DNA of 64,000 nt from the human T2T-CHM13v2.0 reference genome, Homo sapiens: NCBI RefSeq assembly GCF_009914755.1, contig NC_060925.1; one strand, given 5' to 3'. Positions 1-12,836 of the stretch are shown piece after piece (within the stretch, counting starts at the first letter, position 1; each line of letters begins with the position of its first letter). The position numbers and the translations under genes were made by a program. The notes below the pieces were generated by a model, which did not search any database, was not told where the DNA came from, and worked only from the letters and a program-made list of their open reading frames with translations.

Positions 1-265
1 GTATCATTTGAACCCAGGAGTTTGAAACCAGCCTGGGCAACATAGTGAGACCCCATCATTATAAAAAATAAACAGAAAATTAGCCAGGCATGATGGAGCA
101 TACCCATAGTCCCAGCTACTTGGTAGGCTAAGATGGGAGGATCGCTTGAGCCCAGGAGGTTGAGGCTGAAGGTTGAGGCTGCACTGAGCTGTGATCACAC
201 ACTGCACTCCAGCCTGGGCAACGGAGCAAGACTCTGTCTCAAAAAAAAAAAAACAAACAAAAAAC
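1..265 (+). mobile_element. Alu (AluJ-like), 5' end outside the window
   Basis: Alu dimer sequence with A-rich tail. Confidence 0.9.
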
Positions 266-363
266 AGAAAAGGGAGCTGGTCAGGAGAGGAGCCTGGATG
301 GTTCTCATTCATAAGCCCAGCCCTACTCCCAGGAGGCATGCAGACCTTACTCATAAAGAATCA

Positions 364-680
364 GGCCGGGGGCAGTGGCTCATGCCTGTAATCCCAGAAC
401 TTTGGGAGGCTGAGGCGGGTGGATCACCTGAGGTGGGGAGTTCAAGACCAGCCTGACCAACGTGGAGAAAGCCCACCTCCACTAAAAATACAAAATTAGC
501 TGGGCATGGTGGCGCATGCCTGTAATCCTGGCTACTCGGGAAGCTGAGGCAGGAAAATTGCTTGAGGCAGAGGTTGCGGTGAGCCGAGATCACACCATTG
601 CACTCCAGCCTGGGCAACAAGAGCAACTTGTAGCCTGGGCAACAAGAGCGAAACTCCATCTCAAAAAAAAAAAAAAAAAA
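364..680 (+). mobile_element. AluS with an internal 18-bp duplication
   Basis: Full Alu; TSD AAAGAATCA; AGCCTGGGCAACAAGAGC at both 607-624 and 632-649. Confidence 0.92.
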
Positions 681-699
681 GAATCAAAGAATCTCTGTC

Positions 700-1740
700 A
701 AATGGACAGCCATCAAGCCGTTCTGAGACAGCACTAAGGAAGGCTGATCTAAGGTGTATACCTTATTCCGGTCCTTTTGCTGTCTCTTCTGGCAGTTCAT
801 TCTCATCCCAAATCTCAACCTTTCCTGCTTCCATTTAAACTTCTTTCTTTTTTGTCCCTATTAAAATCAAGAGCAAGTTGTTATCGTACTCCTTGGAATA
901 ATTACTCCTCACATGATGAATTTATTCAGTCTGAACAAGAAATCAGTCACCAAAACTATAATCAATTTATTTTCTAAGTTCTATTTTTGTGCCTCTAATG
1001 ATTTGTGGTCCAATTCCTGAGCTTTTCCAATTTCTCCACTTCCCTTGTTGACCAGAAGACCTAAACAGCACAGGGGCTCTAATAAGAACCGGACCTATGT
1101 TGACCTCAATGGAAGGATGCTATTCTATCTAGGACTGACAACTTCTCCAATCCGTCTTCTTGGCTTTCTCTGAATCCCATCAGGATCCTGCTACCTGCAA
1201 ACCTTAAAAAAGCTCTCCCATAAAAAAGGGAGATTTTAAGTTGCTACTAACAAGTTTCAACCTGCCGTCCCTTTCCTGAAGGTGGTCTGATGGGTAGTCC
1301 AACACAGATGTCTGGCCCCAAACTCACCTTCCCAACTGTTGATCACAGCATTGTAGAGGTTTAATGAAGTCAAGATGCATTACATTTATCACTTGCCCTA
1401 GATCCACTCAAATCCATCACTATGTCACAGCAAGAAGTTAAGATTGATCTGACAGGATTTGCTCTTCTTCACAAACCCATGTAAGTTATTACTCAGTGCC
1501 CCACGCTCTTCTAGCTGTTTGCTGATTGATTATCTGACGATCAGGTCAAGTATCTTCTCTGGAATCACAGTAAACTAACGGGTCTATAATTTCCAAGATC
1601 ATTCGTATTCTCCTTTTAAAGATAAGCAAGACAGCAAATGCTTCTTCCCGAGTTCTCTAAAGCAACAGCTAATGCTTTGCTAATAATGAACCAGGGCAGC
1701 CAATTCCTTAAGTGCCCTTGGAATCACATCATCAGGGTTC
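700..1740 (-). mobile_element. Ancient CR1/L3 LINE fragment (RT region)
   Basis: Minus-strand remnants NYRPVSL (1570-1592), HGFVKKSKSCQINL (1440-1482) and MHLDF (YLDFSKAFD-like, ~1366-1380). Confidence 0.8.
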
Positions 1741-3057
1741 ATTGATTCTGGAGATAATCTTTAATCAGGCCCAGACCCTGGTAAACAATGTGAAGCCCTA
1801 ACTCAGCCTGGGTCTGGAAGGTCTTGGTGCCTAAGTCTGGGAAGGAAGTTGGTGATACAAGCTGTTTAAATCTGTACTGCATGATGTCTTCAGCATTGTG
1901 ATAAATAAATAAGTAAAAATAAAGCCCTTGAAAGAAAGATGAAAGGTGACATTGACAGACCAAACTGAGACATGATTCAGGCTTCACCTTCAGGAATATT
2001 GGCAGGACCCTCTGCAGGACAAGAAAACAGAGCTACATAATTATCTGAGTTTATAATCTAACTGAAAAGGTAAGAAAATACACATATATAAGCATATGCC
2101 AGAAAGCAGTAAATGCCATAACAGAGGTGCCAAGCGATTATGAGGGATCAGAAGAGGGATGAATCATATGTGACAGAGATGTGTTAGATTTTAGTCTCAT
2201 GTCCCACTAGGGCTTACCCAGTGACTGAAATAGAAGAAATAATATGACATATTAAGATTTGGATCCCTAATTCCCAACATGGGAGAATCTTAATAACCAA
2301 AATTCCCAGCATAAGCACCAGCTGCCCTCACCACACCAGAGAAAATCCAGTAGTTTGGGGAGGCATGGAAGAAGACTACAGTATAGGCAGGAGCCAGAGG
2401 CAGAGAACGTAAGTGTGGCTTGAGTAGCTCCCAAGCTGCATTCCCTTACACCCAAAGGACCTTCCTTTAGGATATTCTCCTTATCCAGCTCCTGGGTTCC
2501 CAGCCCTCAGTAGGCCTCATTCCAGTGCCTCAAAGGCAGACCAATGCATTAAGGGAGTATAGGAAAGAGGAGAGGAGAAAGGGAACACTAGAGGTTGTCA
2601 TACCTGCTTTATGTAAAATAATTTACCATTTTGAAGACAGATCCCTTCCTGAAAAAACCAACCATGACAGACAAACCCAGTTTATCTTTAAATGGACCAC
2701 ACTCCTCCCTACCTTCGAAGTGCCCGATGCTGAGGTCCCCTTCTCTCCCTCCTCCTTACGATTGAAAGCTGTTCCCAGAGCAACATGTCTATGCATCACA
2801 CACTCTATAACCTAACCCTATAGAGAAGAGTTACAGTCCTAGAGCCAGACATATTCAATGCACCAACACTACAATGAACTGCTACATCAGCCCCCAATCA
2901 TTCCCTCAAAGCAAACACCACATACTTCAATATCACCTGCAGCTAATCCAAGCCTCCTAGCAGCATTAACTTAAAAGCTAAAAGGTCTTTGAACACAGCT
3001 GGTGACTAATGAAAAAAAGCAAGCAAAGAAATTGTCCTTTCCAACAGACCAACAATG

Positions 3058-3605
3058 GTACTTGCTCAGGTTATCTAATGCTGCATAACAAATCATCCCA
3101 AAACCTGTGGCTTAAAACATCAATAATCATTTGTTATCCCTCACAGTTCCTGTGAGTCAGGAATTTGAGAGTGGCTTAGCTGGCTGGTCTGGCTCAAAGT
3201 CCCTCCTAAGGTTGAAGTCACATGTCCACCGGGGCTGCAGTCATCTGAAGGCCTGACCGGGGCTGGTAGATTCACTTCTAAGATAGCTCATTCTCATGAC
3301 TGGCAAGTTGGGCACTGGATTTTGGCTAAGAGCCTCAGTTCCTACACACATGTGCCTCTCCACAGGGCTGCTTGAGTGTCCTGGCAGCATGACAGCTGGC
3401 TTCCCCCAGAGCAAGTGGTCCAAAAGAGCAAAGTGGACTGCAATACTTTTTATAACTTACCCTCAGAAGTCGTACATTATCTCTTCCACTGTATTCTATT
3501 AGCTATACAGGAATATCTTTGATTCAGTGCAGGAGGGGAACTACCAAGGGTGTGAATAGCAGGAGTTAAGAATCATTGAGGTCATCTTGGAGGCCAGCTA
3601 CTATA
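3058..3605 (-). mobile_element. MaLR LTR (MLT1F-like)
   Basis: GCTGCATAACAAATCATCCCAAAAC..GGCTTAAAACA at one end and CATCTTGGAGGCCAGCTAC at the other. Confidence 0.75.
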
Positions 3606-3930
3606 GCACTCCTTAAAGGAACAAGTGGCAGTAGCAGGAGAATGGAGGAAAGAAGAGAACAGAGAAAGGAAGGACGGGAGAAGGAAATATTTTGATTCCC
3701 AAAAGCTGAGACTAGAGAGAAACAATGTACCCAGTTCTCTCCAGAGACTTCTCAGGTCTACCTTACACTAGCATACCTGAAACAAGTCCTGCTTCCTAGA
3801 CAGGAACTCTAAATGAGTAGCTAAAAGACAGGAAGGCATGAGAAAGCTCCTTTGTGTCCCAGGAAGCAAAACTATCCTCCCTCCCTCCTTGCCCCCCCCA
3901 CCTTTTCTAAAGCAATGATGGAACAGTTAC

Positions 3931-4208
3931 CTGAGGATGAATCTGTGGCTTGTCGCACGTGGCCTCAAAGTCCAGCACTAAAAAGTAGTGATACCTCTGG
4001 GGAGGGAAGGACACCATTGCCGCCATGGATGCGCCAAAGCCGTGGGCCGCCAGCTTTCTGGTGGATATGGAGCAGAACTCCGGAACACCACAGGGAGAAA
4101 ATAAGTGGGAGCCCAGCACTTTTCTTGCTCTTGAAAGTAAATACGAAGAAAATCGAGCTGCTCCAGTCTGTAAAGGTGCTAGCATTGAACATCCAGAAGC
4201 ATCTAAAA
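3931..4208 (-). CDS. ERI3: ERI3 coding exon 3 (278 nt, VLDASGCSMLAPLQ...YHYFLVLDFEATCDKPQIHPQ), start of the DEDDh exonuclease domain
   Basis: Acceptor cctcccctaAG after a long polypyrimidine tract; donor CAG|GTAACT at 3929-30; contains ExoI motif LDFEATC typical of ERI-1-family nucleases. Confidence 0.97.
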
Positions 4209-6458
4209 CTTAGGGGAGGAAAGTTTAAAAAAAAAAAAAAAAAAGAAAAGAAAGAAAAAAAAAAAAAGAACAGAGAGCCTGGGTTACTCCCTCCCACTGT
4301 GGCCCTGTTCCATCTAGTCTTCAGGAATATCCACGCAACATGGGCCACTCCCCAGTGTTTCTGGGCCCCTTTTCTAAATCATAGTATTCGTTACTAAAGT
4401 TCAAGACCCTAATAGCAGCACCTGCAGCATTATTACAGCTCTGAGTCTCCCAGATCATTCTCAAAACAACATGCAACACTGGCCTGCATCTTTAAATGGA
4501 GCTCTAAAGTTCAAAAGAGAGAAGAGAGAAAAATTGTGCAGTCACTTCTCAGGTGGCAACAGTTAACATTAAAGCTATGGGTCCAAAGTAACGTGAGGTG
4601 ACCCTGTTGTACAATGAGTCCTGGAAGCTAAGTAGACTCAGACAAGCAGCAGAAAATGTCCAAGGTTCTTTTCTCAGCTCCACTAGGAGCCATTTGCCCC
4701 TGGCTTTCCAGTCTGTATCTTGATGTCTCCACATACCCTCCTCCCCTCTCCCAAGGTGAAGGCAAACAAAGCGAATCACAGGGGTTTGCTCTGACATTCT
4801 GGTGATCCCCCAACCCCCACACTAGTAAGTGGCACCCTGGGGGAATGAACAGTGCCTGGAGAGCACAGCTGGCTGCAGCCTTAGGCCTTCTCATTTGCTG
4901 CCTTAGACTCGGTCTCTACTCGAGGCCCTGAATGACTGCGGGACTTTTTAAATAGGGAAGAAAAAGAAAACCCAGATGTGGCAGTAATAGGAACATGGCT
5001 AAAAGTCTAGTAAAGTTTTCTGAGTGAACATGTGCAAAAAAAAAAAAAAAAAATCAAATCACTTTTCCTTTAAGTTTTCCCCTTAAATTTGCAGAATGCC
5101 TGCTCCTCAGAGGCCTAACTAAATACAAAAATCAAAGCCTAAGTTTTACTCACGAATAACTCAAACTTCCTTAAAAAGAAAAAAGGAACAAAGCAGAAAT
5201 GTTGTCTTTCTCCCTTTAATACTCAACATTCAAATTTCTCTCAACTTTAATCCTCAAATAAGAAATCTCACTGTACAATACAGTAATGGCCATAGTTTGT
5301 GCTTTCCGAAGCCTCATTCCAACACAACCAAAGGCTTGCCTCTGATGGCTGCAAGTGGGCACCTGGCTCCCTTCACATAGGGTAGAGGGATAGCACCCTG
5401 TGAAGTCCAGCGCGTACTCAAAGGCAATGAGGCCACTACCACCTGAACAGAAGCAGATAATGCCAAGTATGGCTGTCTTCCCATCTCTCTCCTGACTCAC
5501 TGAATGAGCTACAGTAACTTGCCTATATATATAGTAGGATATACGCTAGTGTAGGTCCTCAATTTCCCTATCCCTATAATGAGATTTCAGGGGGATTCAG
5601 TGGAGCTAAGACCAAAAAATATTTTAAGTTCTTCATGGATCCTGCACAAGCACAGCACTTGTTTTCACCACTGCTTTATAGCCTCACCAAAAATACAGCC
5701 AAAACTCAGCCCAGGTAGACAAACGCTGGCTTGAGTTTCAATATGGAGTCTCCTGGAAGGGCAAGAGGGCCAATATCCCTTTGAAAGCCAGAATCTTCTC
5801 ATCGCCTATTCCTGAATAGTACTGGAAGCCTTAATGAGATGGAAGACACCAGTCTGCTCAAATTACCCATTCTAGTTTGGATCCAAAGTCCCTCAAGGAC
5901 TTAGACTCTTCTCTAACCCCATAAAAAAGTGTAAAGACTTCTGAAAGTCCTAATGTTCTACAGTGTGCACAGAATATGCGTAGTATATACAGTCAGTCAA
6001 TCCTGTCTACCAAATACTATAAGCAATTAAGCATGATGAGTAAGGAGGGCTTCCAAGTTTGAATCCTAGCTTTACCACTTACTACCCATGGCACCTTGGG
6101 CATGCTGTGTTCTTCAATTCCTCATCTGTAAAATGACAATAACAATAGCACCTACTCCTTAAGTGAGAACAAAATGAGACAACACATGTAAAGCACTAAG
6201 ACCAGTGCCTGGCATATAACAGCCTAATATATATTATCCTAATGTTATTACTACTATCCTATTGGGCTATGCCCACCTGGCCAAGCCTGGATCCCCAGAT
6301 TCTGGGCCTACAAATCCAATTAATTCATAAGGCAGCCTCAGAGAGTAATATCGATGTCTTCTGCAACCCTAAAATGCTCCAGACCTCTGACAGAGCATAC
6401 TATATATACCCTATTCTGATGGCCAGTGGTCCTCTTGCCTGCAGGCCTTGCTTTCTCA

Positions 6459-6908
<450 letters not shown>

Positions 6909-7512
6909 TCAGTTCAAGTCAAGAAACAGAGGGTAGCTCTTCCTCTTCCCTTCCTGAAAAACTCAATCCTAAAGCCATTAGGTGCAGCAGAAGAGGGCAG
7001 ATATCCACAACGGGTGGAGTAGGGTGAGCCAGAGAGGTCTGGGGGACACTGTCAGAGCCCAGGCAGGGTGAGGAAGACATCCTTGCAGAAGTGGGAAGGT
7101 GTGGTGCAGCATGTCAGAGCCGAGGGGGATGTGGAGAGCATCCATGTCGGCTGGCAGTCTGATGTGGGGTGACACACGCAGGGTAAAAGAGGCACTCATG
7201 AAGGGTAAAGGGCAGTGGCAGTAATGAGGATTAGCTACCTACAGAGGAACTGATCAAAGAAGTGCATATATTAAGCATAATGGGACCCAGGTTTCTCACT
7301 GTTAAGAGAAAGGAGTTAAAATATGGAAAGGGAGAAAATCTGTGGTGTTGGATTGGAATTGGCAGGAAGAATGTGAACTCATGGTTTCTGATTAGATGTG
7401 TATCAGATAGATAGATGGATACACACACACACACACAAATATACACACATATGCATATATATTTTCTAGCTCTATTTAAGGAAGAGCCAGGGAGCAGTAA
7501 CAATGGCAATGA

Positions 7513-7933
<421 letters not shown>

Positions 7934-8880
7934 CAGTTGCCTTCTAAATACCATTCCCCACTAAAAGAAACAGAGGTCCTTAGAGAAATGGCTGATTCCA
8001 GGGATGCAGCAAGAGAAATACAAGATGAGCGCATAACATCTTGTATCAGAAAGCAAGGAAACACCCAAATAATGATGGGAACATACCAAAAGGATACAGA
8101 AGCCACCCACTGGCCAAGAAACAATGATAGTAATGGATTATAATGCACTGAATAGAAAACCATGAGTCCATAAAGATATAAATCAATAAAATTAAACTTT
8201 GATGTGAGATATTTACATAGTTTCAAAGTATCACCCCACAAAATACTTATTAATTACAACTAGTAGTAATTTTATGATGGAGAAGCCTGGCAGACATCAC
8301 CTTAATCAAGTGATCAAAGTGAACATTATCAATAATGGGATAAATCAAAATCACACGACGAGAAGAACAAAGCATCATTTCTGTTATATTCCTGAAGCTA
8401 CACAACCTAAATCTAATCATGAGAAAATGTCACACAAACCCTAATTGAGAGACAATCTAAACAATAACCAGCCTGTAATCTTCAAAAGTATCAAGGTCAT
8501 GAATGCCAAGGAACGTTTACTGAGGAAAGTCTAAAGGAGACTAGAGACTTGATAACCAAATGCAACCCACGATTCTGAACTGGATCACTTTGCTGCAAAG
8601 AACATTCCTAGGACAACTGGCAAAACTTTAATGGGGTCCAAGGTTTATATAGAGGTTTTATATCAATGTTAATTTCCTGATTTTGATGGTTGTATTTTGA
8701 CTAGGTAGGAAAATGTCCTTGTTTATAGGAAATGCACACCAAGCATTCAGGGTGATGGGGCATTAGGTCGGCAACTTAACCCTCAAATGGTTCAGGGAAA
8801 AAATTCTTTCTACTGTACTTACAACTTTTATGTAAATTTGGGCTGTTTCAAACGTTTTTTTAAAATTGTTTTTTAAAATC

Positions 8881-9159
8881 AGCTGGGTGGGGTGGCTCAC
8901 ATCTGTAATCCCAGCACTCTGGGAGGCCAAGGCAGGCAGATCGCTTGAGGTCAGGAGTTCAAGACCAGTCTGGGCAACATGGCAAAACCCCATCTCTACT
9001 AAAAATACAAAAATTAGCCAGGCATGGTAGCACACCCCTGTAATCCAGTGACTCAGGGGGCTGAGGCAGGAGAATCGCTTGAACCTAGGAGGCAGGGTTT
9101 GCAGTGAACTGAGATCACATCACTACACTCCAGCCTGGGTGACAGAGACTCCATCTCAA

Positions 9160-9200
<41 letters not shown>
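8881..9200 (+). mobile_element. AluS with (AAAT)n tail
   Basis: TSD TAAAATTGTTTTTTAAAATC at 8861-8880 and 9200-9219. Confidence 0.92.
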
Positions 9201-9202
<2 letters not shown>

Positions 9203-12200
9203 AATTGTTTTTTAAAATCCATGTGCAATGTGGTTACAATTTTAAAATTAAAAATATCACACAGACAGTATTTGAAGAGACAGATCTCCCTGTAATGCCC
9301 ACAGAAGGTAGGCTGCATGTTCTCTCTGGTAGAGAGGCTCAAAGCATCTCTCAGCCCAAACAGTATCTCTATCCAGCCGAGTTTCCATCAGAAGAGCCCC
9401 TACTCAATGCCCACTTCACTGGCACTCCTGCTACCATACAGCCTTCTCAGGAAACACACCTGCTCCCTGCAGCAGCATCCCACTTGCCCTTGCACCCTCC
9501 GGTGTCTTAGGGATTTCTCTTTTCTATTGATGTCTTTATGTTTTAGTCACAAATTTGCAGGCTATAAGTCTATAGCTTATAATATCAACTGGGACTTTGA
9601 GTATCTAAATGAGGGCCAGAACTCAAAAGAAAGTTTATGATTCTGCCTATTTCTGCAAACTATCTTTCATCAGAGACTAAGATTTATACACATTTATTCT
9701 CAGACATCCTTTTCCGTCTCCTAGCAAATTAAAGGTATTAAGTAGCCCATGGCAAGGAGGAAAATGAATGATTCTCTCCTCAATATGAAGGGCCCAGGTC
9801 CCCAGTGGGGACAGGGGAGGGGTAAATGGGACTGCCACGGGGCCAGCCCGATTTGGAGAAGCAGGCCTGCGCCAGAGCCCCTGGAGGATGGTCTCTGTGC
9901 AGAGTATTTACACAACAGACACCAATGGCTCCTCTGCAGCCATTACTGTCTATCAGGTAAATAACACATGTGCCAAAACACACATTTAATGAGGGAAATA
10001 ATATGCCTTTATAAAAAGACTCAATCTGTATTTACCTGAGAGACCAAAGAAGCACCAAATCACCAGATTAGAGGAACCACAGAGGAGTCGTTCTGGTGTC
10101 TTGGGTAAATAGACATTTTATAGCCTCCATTACTGGAGGGGTGAGCAGAGGGGGTCAACCTTTAACATCCACACACACAGGCCAAGGGAGTCCTCAGGAT
10201 GGGAAAACAAGAGGAGGCCACTGTGAAACAGGTGGTCTACTCCCACTTCCACCTCCCCAGCCACATGTACTTGGGATCTCTGGGATGGTGTATGTTTATA
10301 CCACCCCTGGATTCAATTCATTCCATTAAAAGCCAGACTAGGAGGCAGGGATACATCCAAGTAACTCCAAGTTACCTGCAACAGGTTCTGAGTCCAGCTG
10401 ACTGAAAGCACCTAGGAATACAACAATCATAGCTTCCTCAGTTCTCAGTCCTGGTGTAAGTCCCCAACCCAATCTGACCTGCAGTATCACAAGTGCTCAG
10501 GCACCTGAGTCACAGAAACAACAACAAAAAACACAGTAATACCTGTCTGGAACTCAGTCACTGGCTTTGTCTCAAGCAGCTAAAAATAGCCTGGGAAAAA
10601 ATACAAATAAACTGCATCCCTTCAAAAGTCATAATCTTCAATCTAATGAATATATCCTTACTGCCAGAGCACTCTCTGTGTGAAAAACAAACTGTCAAAG
10701 GTGAAAGAAAACCTAAGAGGCAACACAGTCCAACCAGCCAGGGAAAATGAGATTAGAAAGAGAAAAGGACTGCCCAAGGTTCACACTGCAAGAAATAGTA
10801 AGAATAGAACCCAGGCTCTCAACTCCAAGGCCAGGGTCTCAGGCTACTGCTCCAACACAAGGAAAAGGCCTCACTAGTCATTTCCCAAGCTATGCAGTCT
10901 CACAGAAGAGGCCAAGAGCCTGAGGACTCTGTCTAGTTTGTTGAAGGCTAGAGGTTGAAGACAAAACAAAGCTTGACATGCCCTGGAAGCTCCACATGGT
11001 CCCAATGCGGAAAGGAAGCAGGAACTCTAAAACTGAGTCCTCACCTCAACAAAACAGTCTCCTCTTCTCTACACTCAGTCCCTGCCTTGGCCTGTAGCTA
11101 CAGCTGCTTCTGCTCCAAGGCACAGCTATGGAGAGCTCCCCCAACTCAGAAGCAGCTGCTAATAATCCCAAACTACCAGCAGAGCTAAAATCACTAAAGA
11201 TCTTCAGGAACACCAAATTCTGAGGGCAACATCATAGGTCACAGCAGGCTTGCTCTCCCCTTCAACTGGTCTGTTTCAGCAGCTCCAAGAAACACATAAA
11301 AAGAGGCAATTGTTTGTGATTTGCCTGCTGTTTGCTAACCCAGCAGCCATGCCCAGTAGCTTGGGCAAACTCCTTTCAGCGGCCAAAGCTTGAAGACATC
11401 TTTTTGCAAAGTCCTGCAAGTCAGTTGCAACCTCATCACACACGAGAAGGGGCAAAGCCTTGCTTCCTAACACACCATAAATAGACTAGAGATGGATGGA
11501 GGGCAGGGTATGGTAGCATCATCCCTTTAAGCACCTCTCACATTTGTAGACAGCATCTGATCCCAGAAGAGAGGTACCCAGAACTGTTAAATACTTCCTA
11601 TACTCCTGGTCCCAAGATGGGGAACTGCTGTAAAAGCAAGGAGTTATATAATCTAGTGTTAAAACACTGGTAATAGACAAACCTAGGTTCAAATCCTGAC
11701 TCTACTACAAATTATTTGTAATAATAGCTATAATAATAATAATACCTATGTCTTTGGGATTCAATTCAACCGTGCGATGTACAAAAAGTGCTTTGCACAA
11801 TAGCAAGCGCTCAATAAAAGGGAGCTGTTACTACATGAGAAAGAGAAAAAGCAAACACCCTTTTCTGAAAATCTACTCCAAGCCAGGCATTGTATCGATG
11901 ATTTACATATTTTATTTAATCCTCCCAAGTATCAAGCAGAATGGGTAAGAATATTCGCATATCACACATGAGGAAACTAAGGGCTCGGAGGTGCTCAGCT
12001 CTTTGGGGCCCTGTTCTCTACCACGTGTGATGGCCCACATTTCCCCACATGACTGATTCCCTCCATCCGACAGAGGACCAACAATGCATATCAACTGCAG
12101 TTTTTCTTTTGAGGCAAAGTGTAACTTTAACTAAAAGTAACTCAACCTTAAGCAATAATTAAGTCTATCCAAATCATCCTAACTAGTTTTCATATTTTTT

Positions 12201-12803
12201 TATATTTAAAAAGAAAAATTACAGGCCTGAGCACAAGAGCAGAATTAAAAGAACGGCAGCACAAGGAACTCGAAGTCTCTTCTCAAACAAAATTCCACAG
12301 GAGCAAATCTTTCCATCTTACAGAGTGGAAACTGGCAGGAGGCAGGGTTATAACCAATTCTTACTCAAGTACCCAAATGTGACGTTTCCTTTTACAAATT
12401 TGTGCTTTGGCAAACGCTGCTCCCTATTTTGGAATGCACTTCCATTTTTTGCCAGACAAATTATGACTCCTTCCTTAAAATCCAGCTCAAATCTCCCCCC
12501 TTTTGGTGGCTTTCTCTGACACTCCATCATAAAGCTAATTGTTTAAGTATGATCCAGTGGCACAGTTTATTCCTACTTCATAACTTTTATCTCACTATGT
12601 TGTAAGATATTAGGTATGTTTCTTCTACTACCAGTAATTTTCAAAGAGTTAAGGAAGAAGGATAGAAGACAGCAGTATAGGTGAATGTGTGCATGTGTTA
12701 AAAAAAAAAAAAAGCATATTTGACATAATTCTTTGACTTGCTTGTTAGACTAATGCATTTCAAAATTTCAAATAGCATTAAAGAAGAGCATGAGATTGTT
12801 TTG

Positions 12804-12804
<1 letters not shown>

Positions 12805-12832
<28 letters not shown>
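12805..12832. repeat. (TG)14 microsatellite
   Basis: Seen directly. Confidence 0.95.

Positions 12833-12836
<4 letters not shown>

Noticed and set aside
4-737. Many 60-190 aa ORFs containing [22 protein letters not shown], here and throughout the window
   Set aside because: They are translations of Alu sequence, not genes
3852-4397. 181-aa plus-strand ORF overlapping ERI3 exon 3
   Set aside because: Antisense shadow of the exon plus an A-run (poly-K); non-ATG start and no recognisable domain
9954-10038. 10-bp inverted repeat CAGGTAAATA / TATTTACCTG
   Set aside because: Short enough to arise by chance; no TSD or internal transposon similarity
10890-10965. GCAGTCTCACAGAAGAGGCCAAG..CTAGAGGT, reminiscent of an LF-SINE/AmnSINE core
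   Set aside because: Match is short and based on a recalled consensus; cannot be supported without a Dfam search
11376-11439. Minus-strand GTGATGA...CTGA...CTGA arrangement resembling a box C/D snoRNA
   Set aside because: No convincing terminal stem or C' box, and no recognisable rRNA guide; needs snoscan or Rfam
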